A stretch of DNA of 64,000 nucleotides from the sequence record PZ583743.1; one strand, given 5' to 3'. Numbering within the stretch: position 1 is the stretch's first letter; every line of letters begins with the position of its first letter. The DNA is from a phage. Shown in pieces: positions 1-9,749 of the stretch. Position numbers and translations under genes: made by a program. Below the pieces are notes generated by a model. It worked only from the letters and a program-made list of their open reading frames with translations, did no database searches and was not told where the DNA came from.

Positions 1-667
1 CGACCGAGACCTTTAATACGATTTTTCAGAATTGCTTTCTGAATCATTCGTTCAGTCCAGTCAGTTCCCGTACCAAATGTAATTGTTACAAAAGGAGTCT
101 GTCCGTTTGAACTAAAGAGAGTATTTAGTTCATATTCATAAGCTTGGAATGCATCATATACATCTTTTTCTGTTTTAGATTGAGCATAATTCAGTGCATC
201 AGCGATTTGCCATTTTTCTGCATCCTCGATATGTTTTGCATAGGTGCGTTTAACATAAGGAGAAAGTACTTTATCTACATTCGCAAAAGTCGTTCCGCCA
301 TATTGATGAGAAGCAACTTGTGCAGTAATTTGCGCCATAATTGCAGTAGCAACACCGATTGATTTAGGTGTTTCAATCTGCGCATTACCAAGCTTAAACC
401 CGTTCTCAAGCATTCCTTTTAAATCTACTAAACAGCAATTAGTAAATGGAAGAGCAGGGGAATAATCAATATCGTGGAAATGGATAATTCCGCTTTCATG
501 CGCTTTCATAATAAAAGACGGGACCATATTTTTGGCAATGTGTTTAGACACAATACCAGCCATAAGGTCCCGTTGAGTTGGAAAAACACGAGAATCTTTA
601 TTAGCATTCTCGTTTAAAAGGTCTTTATTAGTTTTATGAATCAATCCTTCAATTTCTTTTTCAATTG
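1..667 (-). CDS. nrdD: Anaerobic ribonucleotide reductase NrdD, N-terminal part (gene continues past the left edge)
   Basis: Reverse translation from ATG at 665-667 reads MTIEKEIEGLIHKTNKDLLNENANKDSRVFPTQRDLMAGIVSKH, which I recognise as the T4 NrdD N-terminus; start abuts the gene 49 stop. Confidence 0.85.
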
Positions 668-1141
668 TCATTTTAAACTCTTTCTAAGCTGCTTCTTAAA
701 TGAAGCTATTAATTGTGTTTTAGTGTCAGATTCATTATATTCAAATCCTCTTTGAAGCATCTCAGCCATCATTTCCTCTTTTCCTAAACGAGAAAATTCC
801 TTTGATTTATCTCCAACAAAGTTAGGGTGAATATTATTTTGGGTGTAATCGGATTTTAAATAAGTAAGTAAATTTTCTAACCATTCAAGATAATCAACAC
901 CTTGTCCCTTTAAGCCAGAACGATTAAATTTATGCTTCATTTGACCTTCTGCGGCATTGCATAGATTACAAAGCAATCCACGTACCTTTCCTGCTTTTGG
1001 TCCATTTAATTCATGGTCATGATCAAGATGATTAGCTTGAACATCAGGATTTAGTTCTCGTTGGCAAATTAAGCATTTACCGTTTTGCGCATCATAAAAT
1101 TTCTGTTTTTCTTCTTTATATAATTTGCCAGTCAATAACAT
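668..1141 (-). CDS. 49: Endonuclease VII (Holliday junction resolvase)
   Basis: 157 aa; MLLTGKLYKEEKQKFYDAQNGKCLICQRELNPDVQANHLDHDH with Cys-rich zinc motif, matching T4 gp49 as remembered. Confidence 0.9.
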   Translation of the reverse strand: MLLTGKLYKEEKQKFYDAQNGKCLICQRELNPDVQANHLDHDHELNGPKAGKVRGLLCNLCNAAEGQMKHKFNRSGLKGQGVDYLEWLENLLTYLKSDYTQNNIHPNFVGDKSKEFSRLGKEEMMAEMLQRGFEYNESDTKTQLIASFKKQLRKSLK

Positions 1142-1147
1142 AATAAA

Positions 1148-1172
1148 ACCCTTACCTTAAATAGATAAGGGT
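1148..1172. terminator. Intergenic hairpin (ACCCTTA / TAAGGGT stem) with T-rich flank, upstream of gene 49
   Basis: Inverted repeat read directly in the sequence. Confidence 0.3.
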
Positions 1173-1183
1173 ATTTATTATTT

Positions 1184-1360
1184 TTAAGTATTGTAAAACA
1201 TTCGATGCAATCGTTTATACTGTCGAATCATCTTTTTAGTAGGACGAGAATAGGTTCCTACGCAAGTGGTCATATGAGGGTCCGTAGAATGTCCTTTAAT
1301 AAAAAGTTTCCAAACCTTACCGCCATTTAACTTTTCAGTATAAACCAATTCGGTTTTCAT
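1184..1360 (-). CDS. Small hypothetical protein (58 aa), gene 49.x position
   Basis: ATG at 1358-1360, stop at 1184-1186; last 14 residues (IRQYKRLHRMFYNT) duplicate the tail of the next gene; below the ORF track's 60 aa cutoff. Confidence 0.35.
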   Translation of the reverse strand: MKTELVYTEKLNGGKVWKLFIKGHSTDPHMTTCVGTYSRPTKKMIRQYKRLHRMFYNT

Positions 1361-1396
1361 TAAAATGTCCTGTCAGAAAAAGAATTTTGAGTTTTT

Positions 1397-1900
1397 TCAA
1401 GTATTGTAAAACATTTGATGCAATCGCTTATATTGCCGAATCTTTTGGTCAGAAAAAGAAATTTGAGTTTCAAGCCATTCAATGTACTCTGCGGCAGCTT
1501 GCATCAGGTTACCTTCATAGCCATCGTTATTTTCTTGCGCAGCTAATTTAGCTAATGCGTATGAAATACGTTCACCTTGAAAAGCGGCTTTAGGCTTCTG
1601 AACATCTTGGCTAGTTCTCTCTACAACTTCTTCAATTTCGCCATTTTCAACGGATTCAGTATTCCACAAACACCAGTATGTAATTGGCTTATCATAGATG
1701 TTAATAATCTTTCCGTCGGAAAGTTCAATTTCAATAATTCCAGTATCAGGTTCTATATCATCTTCACATTCTTTTGCAAGTTCACGAACTTTAAAGACAG
1801 TACCTGCACTAAGTTCCGGCCAGTAATTACATAGCCCTGTATCAACACGATTAATTCTAAACCACTTATCTACTGTAATCATGTCCCATCTCCATATCAA
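1397..1900 (-). CDS. Hypothetical protein, 167 aa (occupies the T4 pin / 49.x position)
   Basis: Track ORF; synteny between gene 49 and nrdC; function not recognised from sequence. Confidence 0.55.
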   Translation of the reverse strand: MIWRWDMITVDKWFRINRVDTGLCNYWPELSAGTVFKVRELAKECEDDIEPDTGIIEIELSDGKIINIYDKPITYWCLWNTESVENGEIEEVVERTSQDVQKPKAAFQGERISYALAKLAAQENNDGYEGNLMQAAAEYIEWLETQISFSDQKIRQYKRLHQMFYNT

Positions 1901-2004
1901 TTAAGTCATTTATTGTAGGTTCATTATATACTGTTTCTTCATCAGTGTAAACCGGTTCTTCCGGCTCTGGCTCTACAGTTTCCCATCTAACCGCCCACCA
2001 AGGT

Positions 2005-2214
2005 TTAACCCCGAAGCTTATTAAGTTCTTCATAATCAATCCAGGATTCTAGTCCTGATGGCAAATCAGATTCAATTTCCCAAAGAAGTTCTTCAATTTT
2101 ATGAAGACGATCTAATTCTTCAGCTGGAATAGTAACCATTGATGGAGTTCTTGCTACATTAATATCGTAAATCATATTTACCCCAGTTTGACCATACAAT
2201 CGCCGTATTTCCAC
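2005..2214 (-). CDS. Hypothetical protein, 69 aa
   Basis: Track ORF in a head-to-tail minus-strand gene series. Confidence 0.45.
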   Translation of the reverse strand: MEIRRLYGQTGVNMIYDINVARTPSMVTIPAEELDRLHKIEELLWEIESDLPSGLESWIDYEELNKLRG

Positions 2215-2393
2215 TTAGAAATAGACTTTTCACCATTAGAATAATAAACTTCAAGTTTAGCACGATTATTTTTAATTTGAATAACCTTGGCTGTCATCAA
2301 AGTTCCATACCCATAATAAACTGCAACTTCATCACCTACACATACCGCGCTTCCGCGGTAATCATGAATATAGTCAGTTCCTTCGAGCATCAT
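2178..2393 (-). CDS. Hypothetical protein, 71 aa
   Basis: Track ORF; overlaps neighbours by a few codons. Confidence 0.45.
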   Translation of the reverse strand: MMLEGTDYIHDYRGSAVCVGDEVAVYYGYGTLMTAKVIQIKNNRAKLEVYYSNGEKSISKWKYGDCMVKLG

Positions 2394-2653
2394 TTAAAAT
2401 ATTCTCGCAGTTGGTCAAATCCACCAATATGACTTCCATCAGGAGCAAATACCTGGGGCATTGTCAAGCCGATTTGAGTATCACGACCTAGTTTAGTCAG
2501 AAGCTCAGCAATTTTCTCATCATCAAAAACACCTTTTTCCGGCATAATGTTGATAAATTCAAACGGCTGTTTCTTCACGGTCAAAAGACGTTTTGCATTA
2601 TCGCAATACACACATTTATGAATGTTGCTATCATAACCATATACTTTAAACAT
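2390..2653 (-). CDS. nrdC: Phage thioredoxin/glutaredoxin NrdC
   Basis: 87 aa; MFKVYGYDSNIHKCVYCDNAKRLL with CVYC redox motif, matching T4 NrdC as remembered. Confidence 0.9.
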   Translation of the reverse strand: MFKVYGYDSNIHKCVYCDNAKRLLTVKKQPFEFINIMPEKGVFDDEKIAELLTKLGRDTQIGLTMPQVFAPDGSHIGGFDQLREYFK

Positions 2654-2654
2654 A

Positions 2655-2897
2655 TTATTCCTTAATTCCTAGTACTTGTTTAAAAGTCTCGTCGTAATCA
2701 AGACTTTGGCCCGTTTGTTCTTTATGTTTGTATATAATATCACTTACTTCTGATAGCATATTTTTATATGAACGAGTTAAAGCAGATTTAAACACGCTGT
2801 ATCTATCAGGAAATTTACCATGTTCATTATAATAAGCTATTGCTAATTCACGGACTGCCTTTTCAGCAGCCTCCATATATTCTTTACGCTTGGTCAT
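2655..2897 (-). CDS. Hypothetical protein, 80 aa
   Basis: Track ORF, tightly packed downstream of nrdC. Confidence 0.55.
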   Translation of the reverse strand: MTKRKEYMEAAEKAVRELAIAYYNEHGKFPDRYSVFKSALTRSYKNMLSEVSDIIYKHKEQTGQSLDYDETFKQVLGIKE

Positions 2898-2899
2898 TT

Positions 2900-3289
2900 T
2901 TAATCCAAAATATTATTAGGCATTGGTTGAACACTCACAAGTTCTTTAAAGAACTCAGTAGAGTCAGGCAATTTAACCATTTCCGGAGCATGCTTACTGA
3001 ATTTATGTTTACATTGACGGCATTTATATTCAAGCTCTGGTTTACGCCAGTTAATCAATTGAACTTGTTCAGTACCGCATTCAGGGCAATTAGGAACGTT
3101 TTTAGAAGCTCTTTCACGTCGTTCAACCATAGCCATAATAGCATCCCATGCTGGAGGTTTAAAATCTAAATCGTCGCAGCCGTGAATCTTTCCACGCATT
3201 TCCATATCATCTTCCTCACCAGCCATAATAATTTTAATTAAACTGGAATTACTTGAAGCTGCAATGTCTTCTAATAAACGCTTTTTCAT
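2900..3289 (-). CDS. Hypothetical protein with C-terminal zinc-ribbon (CPEC...CRQC)
   Basis: 129 aa; four Cys in CxxC...CxxC spacing. Confidence 0.55.
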   Translation of the reverse strand: MKKRLLEDIAASSNSSLIKIIMAGEEDDMEMRGKIHGCDDLDFKPPAWDAIMAMVERRERASKNVPNCPECGTEQVQLINWRKPELEYKCRQCKHKFSKHAPEMVKLPDSTEFFKELVSVQPMPNNILD

Positions 3290-4212
3290 TTCAATACCTC
3301 AATAGCATTACGTAAACCATTTGCTTTGGCGGTTAAAGCCTTAAGAACTTTAGTATGCTCTTCAATCTGTTTTTCAACTTCAATCAAACGGGCACTGAGA
3401 TATTCGCGTTCTTCTTTCATAGTATCATTTCCATGATTGGATTTTGGTGTAGGTTTAAATTCACTAGGGTCCTTTAATTTAATAACAAATTTAGTTTCAA
3501 ACAGCGAAAGACCATAATTCGTATTATCATCAAAGGATTTGACTACATCCATATCAGATAATAACACGCGTAAATTATAAGCCAAAGAACTAATAGTTTC
3601 ATTGTGTTTATTAGCTTCGCGTGGTTTCATATACGGAAGATTTTTATATATCTCGTGCGGAGCACAAATGATAATTGACAATTCAAATTGCCCATTCTGG
3701 GACGATGGAGTGAATTTAGCCGTAACCCAGTCTTTTACATTCACATTAATAGTACGGTTATCACCATGACAAAACAGTCTACGAGAATGCTTAAAAAGCA
3801 TATTCACGTTATTATTGAATTCGTGTGAAAATTCACTAGCAAATTTTTCTTTACTATCTTTAGAAAACCATTCTTCTAAATAAGTTCTTTTCACGTCGTT
3901 AATAATATTAAATGTAACAACACTAGCATTTGATACATTAGTCTCAATGTAGCTTGGATACATAAATTTTTTAACATTATTAACAGCTATCACAGAAGAT
4001 AGTAATCGGGAACGTTTGAACCACTCGAGCAAAGAACCAAGAGAATGTGAATACGCATTTTGTGTATCTTTACAAATATGGTTTTCCCATCCAATATAGT
4101 CTAAAAAATCACGAAGAATATTATTGATTACTGCTCTGTGTCCTATCTGATAATTACGATGTTTAGTAATAAGACTGTCAAAATAATCAATATAATGTTT
4201 ACGAGTTTTCAT
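3286..4212 (-). CDS. Hypothetical protein, 308 aa, first of four tandem ORFs with coiled-coil-like C-terminus
   Basis: ATG at 4210-4212; C-terminal ~40 aa heptad-like helix after a Pro-rich linker. Confidence 0.6.
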   Translation of the reverse strand: MKTRKHYIDYFDSLITKHRNYQIGHRAVINNILRDFLDYIGWENHICKDTQNAYSHSLGSLLEWFKRSRLLSSVIAVNNVKKFMYPSYIETNVSNASVVTFNIINDVKRTYLEEWFSKDSKEKFASEFSHEFNNNVNMLFKHSRRLFCHGDNRTINVNVKDWVTAKFTPSSQNGQFELSIIICAPHEIYKNLPYMKPREANKHNETISSLAYNLRVLLSDMDVVKSFDDNTNYGLSLFETKFVIKLKDPSEFKPTPKSNHGNDTMKEEREYLSARLIEVEKQIEEHTKVLKALTAKANGLRNAIEVLK

Positions 4213-4264
4213 GTTCTTCTCACTTGGTTAATGATTTATACTCCGAGCCATCCTTGGCTTTAAA

Positions 4265-5266
4265 TTACTTAATTAACTGTAAAGCTTGTTCCAGACGATC
4301 AAGACGATTAACAGATTCTTCCCAAATCCTTTTAGCCTGCTCATATTCTTTCTGCGCTTTATTAGAAATTTCTAGAACTTCTTTATAAGCTTTTTCTAGT
4401 GCAATAACTTCTGGACGAATTTCTATCGGTTCAGGTGAATCATCAAGACATTCCATTAGTTCCTCAAGGGTAGTTTCTTCTTTAGGAGTATTCACAATTT
4501 CATCACATTTTTGTTGGTAAATTTCTTTATCAGTAGGTGAATAAGCACATTTCACTTCACGAAGGCTAATTACGAGTTTATATCCTTCCCAACCGCATAT
4601 ATTCTTAAAAGGATATGTATGAATATTTTCTACTGTTTCCATACAAAGTAATGCGGTCTCTAATTGACGAGTTATAGTGCTAGCAATTGAGAAAAATTTA
4701 TTAATATTCTTTTGGTTAGTTTCTGGTGTAAAAAATCCATAATTCACAAAAATAGATACTTTATTTTTATCAAGTTCATATTCTTTTATGATAATCATAT
4801 CAGAAGCCAAAGGATGAATTTGACGATAATCGCCATAACATAATTTAGAAGCTGATTTTAGAATCTGTCCTTTGAAAAGTCTGAAATTACTAATCCAACG
4901 ACGAGTAAAAATATTCTCAGGGTCTTCTTTATTATTAAGATGATAAGAATTAACATCACCGAACCAATTATATCCTACTACATCTTTGGTTCGTTTAATT
5001 TCTTTCCCAAAATTACCAAGAATATCCCGATTAACCAAATATGAAAGAAGACGAGACTCTTTAAAGGTTTTCTTGATAACATCTTTATCTACACGGCTAG
5101 AAATTTTACGAATTTCATGAATAAATTTAGTAGAAGAAACAATACTTGCATCAACACTATTGAGCCATTGATTGATAATAGAAAGAACGCTATTTTGGCC
5201 AAACATCGGTATAGCTTTATCATCAATAACGCTATTGAATGATTTGATATATTCGTTACGAGTCAT
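4265..5266 (-). CDS. Hypothetical protein, ~333 aa, second tandem ORF with coiled-coil-like C-terminus
   Basis: Start moved to ATG at 5264-5266 (MTRNEYIKS), preceded by GAGGAG and an early-type promoter; track ORF starts 51 nt further upstream. Confidence 0.6.
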   Translation of the reverse strand: MTRNEYIKSFNSVIDDKAIPMFGQNSVLSIINQWLNSVDASIVSSTKFIHEIRKISSRVDKDVIKKTFKESRLLSYLVNRDILGNFGKEIKRTKDVVGYNWFGDVNSYHLNNKEDPENIFTRRWISNFRLFKGQILKSASKLCYGDYRQIHPLASDMIIIKEYELDKNKVSIFVNYGFFTPETNQKNINKFFSIASTITRQLETALLCMETVENIHTYPFKNICGWEGYKLVISLREVKCAYSPTDKEIYQQKCDEIVNTPKEETTLEELMECLDDSPEPIEIRPEVIALEKAYKEVLEISNKAQKEYEQAKRIWEESVNRLDRLEQALQLIK

Positions 5267-5294
5267 AATAATCTCCTCAGTAGAAAGTAAGAAC

Positions 5295-5324
5295 ATTATA
5301 CCACATCCTTGTGGCAAAGTAAAC
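5295..5324 (-). promoter_or_regulatory. Early-type promoter (GTTTAC, 18 nt spacer, TATAAT)
   Basis: Read on minus strand; -35 at 5319-5324, -10 at 5295-5300. Confidence 0.5.
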
Positions 5325-6352
5325 TAGTTCAGTGCATTTAGTGCATTGTTCAGTTTAGAACGTTGCTTTGTCAGATTTTGAACCCTTGACTGAGCTTGTT
5401 CTAACGTCTTTTCAGCTTCTAGCATTTCATTGGTCGCTTTAACGAGTTCATCATCTACTGCCTTAAGAGACTTTTCAATCGCATCAGCGTGCCATTTTTC
5501 TACAGGTTTAAAATTTGAATTTTCAGTAGGAAGAAAACTCACTTTATTAAGTTTACATGCATCTATGTTACTTGAACTGTACATCCAACATTTAGGATCG
5601 TTTGATAAGTAATTGGATAAATTTAAATTTAAGGTATCTTGCACTTCCTGCTTTTTCTCTTGAACAATTTCATCCTTTCTCAAAAATTCATATTTAAATG
5701 AAACGATCATATCAAGTTCATATGTTGTTGTATGTTCCCAATTTCGCTCAAAACGAGGTAAAATCTTAGATTGAACAGCAGCAACAACATCCATATACTT
5801 AAATGCTTCTGTCAGCTGTGATTTAAGACATTCACAAATTGAAAGAGAATTTTTAGTATTAGGCTTAAAGCTAATTCGTGCAGTTCTATTATTTTCTTTT
5901 AACGGTCTTACTTCCATCTGAAGAGTATAACCATCAAATTTCAGGTTCTTTAAGTTAATATCAGAGCCTTTTAATCGACTAGCAGTAGACAAAATTTGCT
6001 TTAATTGTTTACGGAATAGAGCAATAAATCTCCATTCAATACGATAATGATTTGGATTGAAAAATCCAGATGATAAATCGACCTTACTTTGACCAACGCC
6101 TTGAACAATCAAAGGATTTTTATAATCAATAGTTTTACAGAAATCGGTGAGCTGTTCACGAGCAGTCATTTGTGTAATATACCCTGCTTTACTAAAATTA
6201 CGCACCCATTCACTGCTATTCGTATACTTAAAGTGATGAATAACACGATTAACTTTATCAGGGTCTAAATTATTTTCACACAAAAATGTCATAACATCAC
6301 GAGTATAGCTGGCATTACGAACCATATCTTCAATTTGAGAACGAGTTTTCAT
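5324..6352 (-). CDS. Hypothetical protein, 342 aa, third tandem ORF with coiled-coil-like C-terminus
   Basis: ATG at 6350-6352; C-terminal heptad-like helix. Confidence 0.6.
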   Translation of the reverse strand: MKTRSQIEDMVRNASYTRDVMTFLCENNLDPDKVNRVIHHFKYTNSSEWVRNFSKAGYITQMTAREQLTDFCKTIDYKNPLIVQGVGQSKVDLSSGFFNPNHYRIEWRFIALFRKQLKQILSTASRLKGSDINLKNLKFDGYTLQMEVRPLKENNRTARISFKPNTKNSLSICECLKSQLTEAFKYMDVVAAVQSKILPRFERNWEHTTTYELDMIVSFKYEFLRKDEIVQEKKQEVQDTLNLNLSNYLSNDPKCWMYSSSNIDACKLNKVSFLPTENSNFKPVEKWHADAIEKSLKAVDDELVKATNEMLEAEKTLEQAQSRVQNLTKQRSKLNNALNALN

Positions 6353-6360
6353 GGTGTTCC

Positions 6361-7248
6361 TTAAGATTTAAGTAAATCAACGATTTTAATTAATTTTTCA
6401 CGCTCAGATTTAGCTTTACTACTCAATCCAGATAGTCTGAAAATTTCATCATCATATTGCTGAATAGAAATATTTAGCTCTTCAATCTGCTTATTAAAAT
6501 AAGCAATTTGTTCAGAATGTTTTTCATTACTGCGAACTGGTACAGGTTTTGTAGGTAATTTAGTTGAACTGGATTCATCTGGGCGATAAATTAAAATGCA
6601 ATTTGAACCAATCGGACATTTAGCACCAGACACATATTCTAATGTTCCGGCTTCTTTTAAAACTTCAAAAGCTAAACAGAGATGATGCCCCATATTAACA
6701 TAATCTGTAGAGCGAGCTCTGATGTAATAATCATCTCCACGAGTACTAAATTTAAAGCATTTAAGGTCTTCTGTATTATTGGTCTTAAAAATCATTTGTT
6801 TATCTAGACCTTTAGCTAATCGAGCGCCTAATGCTAATAATCGTCGTTGATTTTCCCACAAATCCGCAATCATTTGGTCAAATGATAATTTCGGCATTAG
6901 TCGACCATAAAGGTCATATCCTTTATTATAATTGCGAAGGATTTCACTCGCATTAATACGAGACAACGCTCCAATTTTATTAAGGGCTTTCATGATGCGA
7001 TTAGATAAACCCATTCCAGATCCGTTTGTTCGTTGCAAATGTTTATCTAATCCAAACCCAATATCAACTTTAAATTTATCTAAAATTTCAGCATGAACAT
7101 CTCTGTCAATAACATTCAAATCCAAAGTTGGGTTAAATCTATGAAAAAATTTATCTGGCTCTCCACGACGAAGTACAGTCCATTCATTTAATTTTTTATT
7201 AACTAAAGATTTAATTACTGCATTGACATTATTAATTACTACTGACAT
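6361..7248 (-). CDS. Hypothetical protein, ~295 aa, fourth tandem ORF with coiled-coil-like C-terminus
   Basis: Track start is TTG at 7261-7263; in-frame ATG at 7246-7248 with GAGGAAA upstream. Confidence 0.6.
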   Translation of the reverse strand: MSVVINNVNAVIKSLVNKKLNEWTVLRRGEPDKFFHRFNPTLDLNVIDRDVHAEILDKFKVDIGFGLDKHLQRTNGSGMGLSNRIMKALNKIGALSRINASEILRNYNKGYDLYGRLMPKLSFDQMIADLWENQRRLLALGARLAKGLDKQMIFKTNNTEDLKCFKFSTRGDDYYIRARSTDYVNMGHHLCLAFEVLKEAGTLEYVSGAKCPIGSNCILIYRPDESSSTKLPTKPVPVRSNEKHSEQIAYFNKQIEELNISIQQYDDEIFRLSGLSSKAKSEREKLIKIVDLLKS

Positions 7249-7259
7249 ATTTTCCTCAC

Positions 7260-7664
7260 TCAATTTTCAATTTTACTAAATATACAGAATAAGATGGAAC
7301 AGACTATATAAGCACCACACACAGATTGAACTAATACCATTCCAAAGAACCAAACAATATTATCAAACAATGTCTGTTTTACGTCGAAAGGACGTAAACT
7401 TACAGTAATATTATCACCTTTTTCTATTGAAGAATACATCTCTGGGGAAATATATTCACTAAATCTATAACCGTCTTTGAGTTCATATACAGCAATAAAC
7501 GATAAACTAGACCCCTTTCCTTGAGTTCCTGTAAAGGTATTAACTACAGTAACATCATAATCTTTATAATGCATATAATCATTAATAGCATAATAACCAT
7601 ATGCAATTATTATACATAAACAACATATCAATAAATTCAATCTTTTAATTATCAACTGTTTCAT
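7260..7664 (-). CDS. Hypothetical membrane protein, 134 aa
   Basis: Hydrophobic N- and C-terminal segments; ATG at 7662-7664. Confidence 0.55.
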   Translation of the reverse strand: MKQLIIKRLNLLICCLCIIIAYGYYAINDYMHYKDYDVTVVNTFTGTQGKGSSLSFIAVYELKDGYRFSEYISPEMYSSIEKGDNITVSLRPFDVKQTLFDNIVWFFGMVLVQSVCGAYIVCSILFCIFSKIEN

Positions 7665-7719
7665 AATAATCTCAATTAAAAGGGCTTAGAACCATTATAC
7701 CATCCTTGGTATAAAGCGG

Positions 7720-8247
7720 TTATGCGAGTACCGTCTTTAACCGTTCTTCAAACTTCCGAAGAGTATTTTGGCGTTCAGCTCTTTGCTTTTTGTAAGTTTC
7801 AATACGCTCTGAAATGAGAGTGTATCGTTCATTTACTGATTCTTTCATAAAATCAGGAATTTCACGAGAAGCTTTAATCTCATCAAATTTATCAATAACA
7901 GCTTGCTCTTCAGCAATTAAGTTATCATACATCAAAATATCTTTCTTGATGAACTCAATATCTTCTTGAGTTACACGAGATAATTTAGATGCTTTATCCT
8001 TTTTGTACTGTTCATTAGTATCACGAGACCAGTGTAATGTACGATTTTTATTCGTATTCTTGTAAATTTCTACAATACCAATCTCATCGATAATAACGAT
8101 CCAATTCCAACGGGATTTGTAAATTTGTCCTCCATCAACCGTGATTTCACCTCCAATTGAGATGTCATTAAAGAACTTGCTTTGTGCTTCAGATTTAAAT
8201 TTACCATCGTTGTAATTTACCAGGTTGAAAATATCTTTAGCGTTCAT
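7720..8247 (-). CDS. Hypothetical protein, 175 aa, C-terminal coiled-coil-like
   Basis: ATG at 8245-8247 preceded by GGAGGAACA; early promoter just upstream. Confidence 0.55.
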   Translation of the reverse strand: MNAKDIFNLVNYNDGKFKSEAQSKFFNDISIGGEITVDGGQIYKSRWNWIVIIDEIGIVEIYKNTNKNRTLHWSRDTNEQYKKDKASKLSRVTQEDIEFIKKDILMYDNLIAEEQAVIDKFDEIKASREIPDFMKESVNERYTLISERIETYKKQRAERQNTLRKFEERLKTVLA

Positions 8248-8275
8248 TTTGTGTTCCTCCGTAGTTGATAGTTGT

Positions 8276-8305
8276 ATAGTACCACAGAGGAACAGTCTTG
8301 TAAAC
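8276..8305 (-). promoter_or_regulatory. Early-type promoter (GTTTAC, 18 nt, TACTAT)
   Basis: -35 at 8300-8305, -10 at 8276-8281 on minus strand. Confidence 0.5.
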
Positions 8306-8307
8306 CA

Positions 8308-8622
8308 CTAAAAGAAACTTCTTTCACAATTTTTTCCACTGAACCATGCGCTCACTGCTTTCTTAGTCTCAGGAGCAGTGTTATCCATAAACCATTCAAA
8401 GGCAGCCTTTTTATGATTCTGGAGGGCTTCTCGGGCTTTAATCTGCTCACGGTCTATTAACACTAACATATGAGCCTTTCTTGTCACCATGGGCTTCTTA
8501 TGATTTTTTGAATACTCCCAGTCATTTGTCCATCGCATTGTCGTTGCGAACTTAAATACTGCTTCTTTAATTTTAGTTTCGTAAATTTCACGAGCCTTTG
8601 AGTATAACATCATTACCTCCAT
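8308..8622 (-). CDS. Hypothetical protein, ~101-104 aa
   Basis: Track ORF; likely start at the second ATG pair (8611-8613) which has GGAGGT upstream. Confidence 0.5.
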   Translation of the reverse strand: MEVMMLYSKAREIYETKIKEAVFKFATTMRWTNDWEYSKNHKKPMVTRKAHMLVLIDREQIKAREALQNHKKAAFEWFMDNTAPETKKAVSAWFSGKNCERSFF

Positions 8623-8711
8623 TCACCAGTTTAATTCTAGTTATCTTTTTAATGGCAGTCCATATAATCTATTTCTGAACTGCCTTTTTGTCATAGAAGT
8701 CCTCTTATGAA

Positions 8712-9680
8712 TTATTTCAGAAGAGTAACCTCAGCAATTTCTTCCCAACCGTTTTTGTCGGTCATAATAAAGTCAGCAAGATAAAGAGCAGTACGCAGTG
8801 AAACATTGCGTAAACGATTAACATTAACTTTCATCCATGATAATGCTTTATAAGTTTCTTCATCAGAAAGACCGCGCTTTTGCATCATGTCAGTTGAAAG
8901 AATAACATCTTCAACCCTGACCATAATTTCTTCATTAGTGTGAACACCCAAATCCAAATAAACCGAGCGGGACACTAATGCTTGTAAATGTGGAGCAAGT
9001 TTAGTACCACGGTCTAATTCGCGGTCAATGTCAACGTTTGTGATAAAAACAATCGTTCCTTTAAATTCAAACTCACGCTCAATGCCTTTTTCTTCTAAGT
9101 AAGAAGATGCGGTGCTCCAGCAGACTTTACGGGTCTCTCCAGTGTCCAGAGCAGCTTTCAGAAGATTAAGAATGTCCATATCAGAGAAAACATCCACATC
9201 ATCAATCAAAAGGACAGAATTCTCTTCACGATTATTCCAAAGCTGTTCATAAAGACCGATACCAGAGATTTTACCATTAATGCTTTTATATTCAATGTAT
9301 CCATTATCATTTGCTTTATTCAAAGCTTTATCTAAAGAATACGTTTTACCAATACCCGCCGCACCAGAGATAATTAATGAACGAATATTTCCGTTAATAA
9401 TACCATTCGTCATCATTCCCATAACATTAAATCTTTTATTAATGCGGGTTTTCATATCTTCATATGATTCTTTAACTTCTTCAACTTTTACACCATCATA
9501 TGAAATGTCTGATTTGTAAACCCAAACACCGCGACGCTTACCGTCAATTTCAACAAAAACTTTACCATCTCCTTGTGCATCTACCGGAGCATTATCTGGG
9601 AACCATTCACCTAAGAGCTCAAAAGTTCCAGAGATTTCTTTACCGAAGTAGATACCCTTATTGATAGTTACAGTTTTCAT
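8712..9680 (-). CDS. P-loop NTPase (Walker A GAAGIGKT, Walker B LLIDDVD)
   Basis: Track start is TTG at 9690-9692; in-frame ATG at 9678-9680 (MKTVTINKG) with GGAG upstream. Confidence 0.65.
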   Translation of the reverse strand: MKTVTINKGIYFGKEISGTFELLGEWFPDNAPVDAQGDGKVFVEIDGKRRGVWVYKSDISYDGVKVEEVKESYEDMKTRINKRFNVMGMMTNGIINGNIRSLIISGAAGIGKTYSLDKALNKANDNGYIEYKSINGKISGIGLYEQLWNNREENSVLLIDDVDVFSDMDILNLLKAALDTGETRKVCWSTASSYLEEKGIEREFEFKGTIVFITNVDIDRELDRGTKLAPHLQALVSRSVYLDLGVHTNEEIMVRVEDVILSTDMMQKRGLSDEETYKALSWMKVNVNRLRNVSLRTALYLADFIMTDKNGWEEIAEVTLLK

Positions 9681-9716
9681 TTTATTCTCCAATTTTACAT
9701 TTGTTTTGATAGGGTA

Positions 9717-9746
9717 ATAGTATCACACTACTACCCTGCTGTAAAC
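9717..9746 (-). promoter_or_regulatory. Early-type promoter (GTTTAC, 18 nt, TACTAT)
   Basis: -35 at 9741-9746, -10 at 9717-9722; upstream of the ATPase gene. Confidence 0.5.
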
Positions 9747-9749
9747 AAT

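Noticed and set aside
144-362. Plus-strand 72-aa ORF at the left edge
   Set aside because: Lies entirely inside nrdD on the opposite strand; low-complexity translation; no start context.
1577-3169. Plus-strand ORFs 1577..1834 and 2840..3169
   Set aside because: Antisense to well-supported minus-strand genes; Phe/Asn/Ile-rich translations typical of AT-rich antisense frames.
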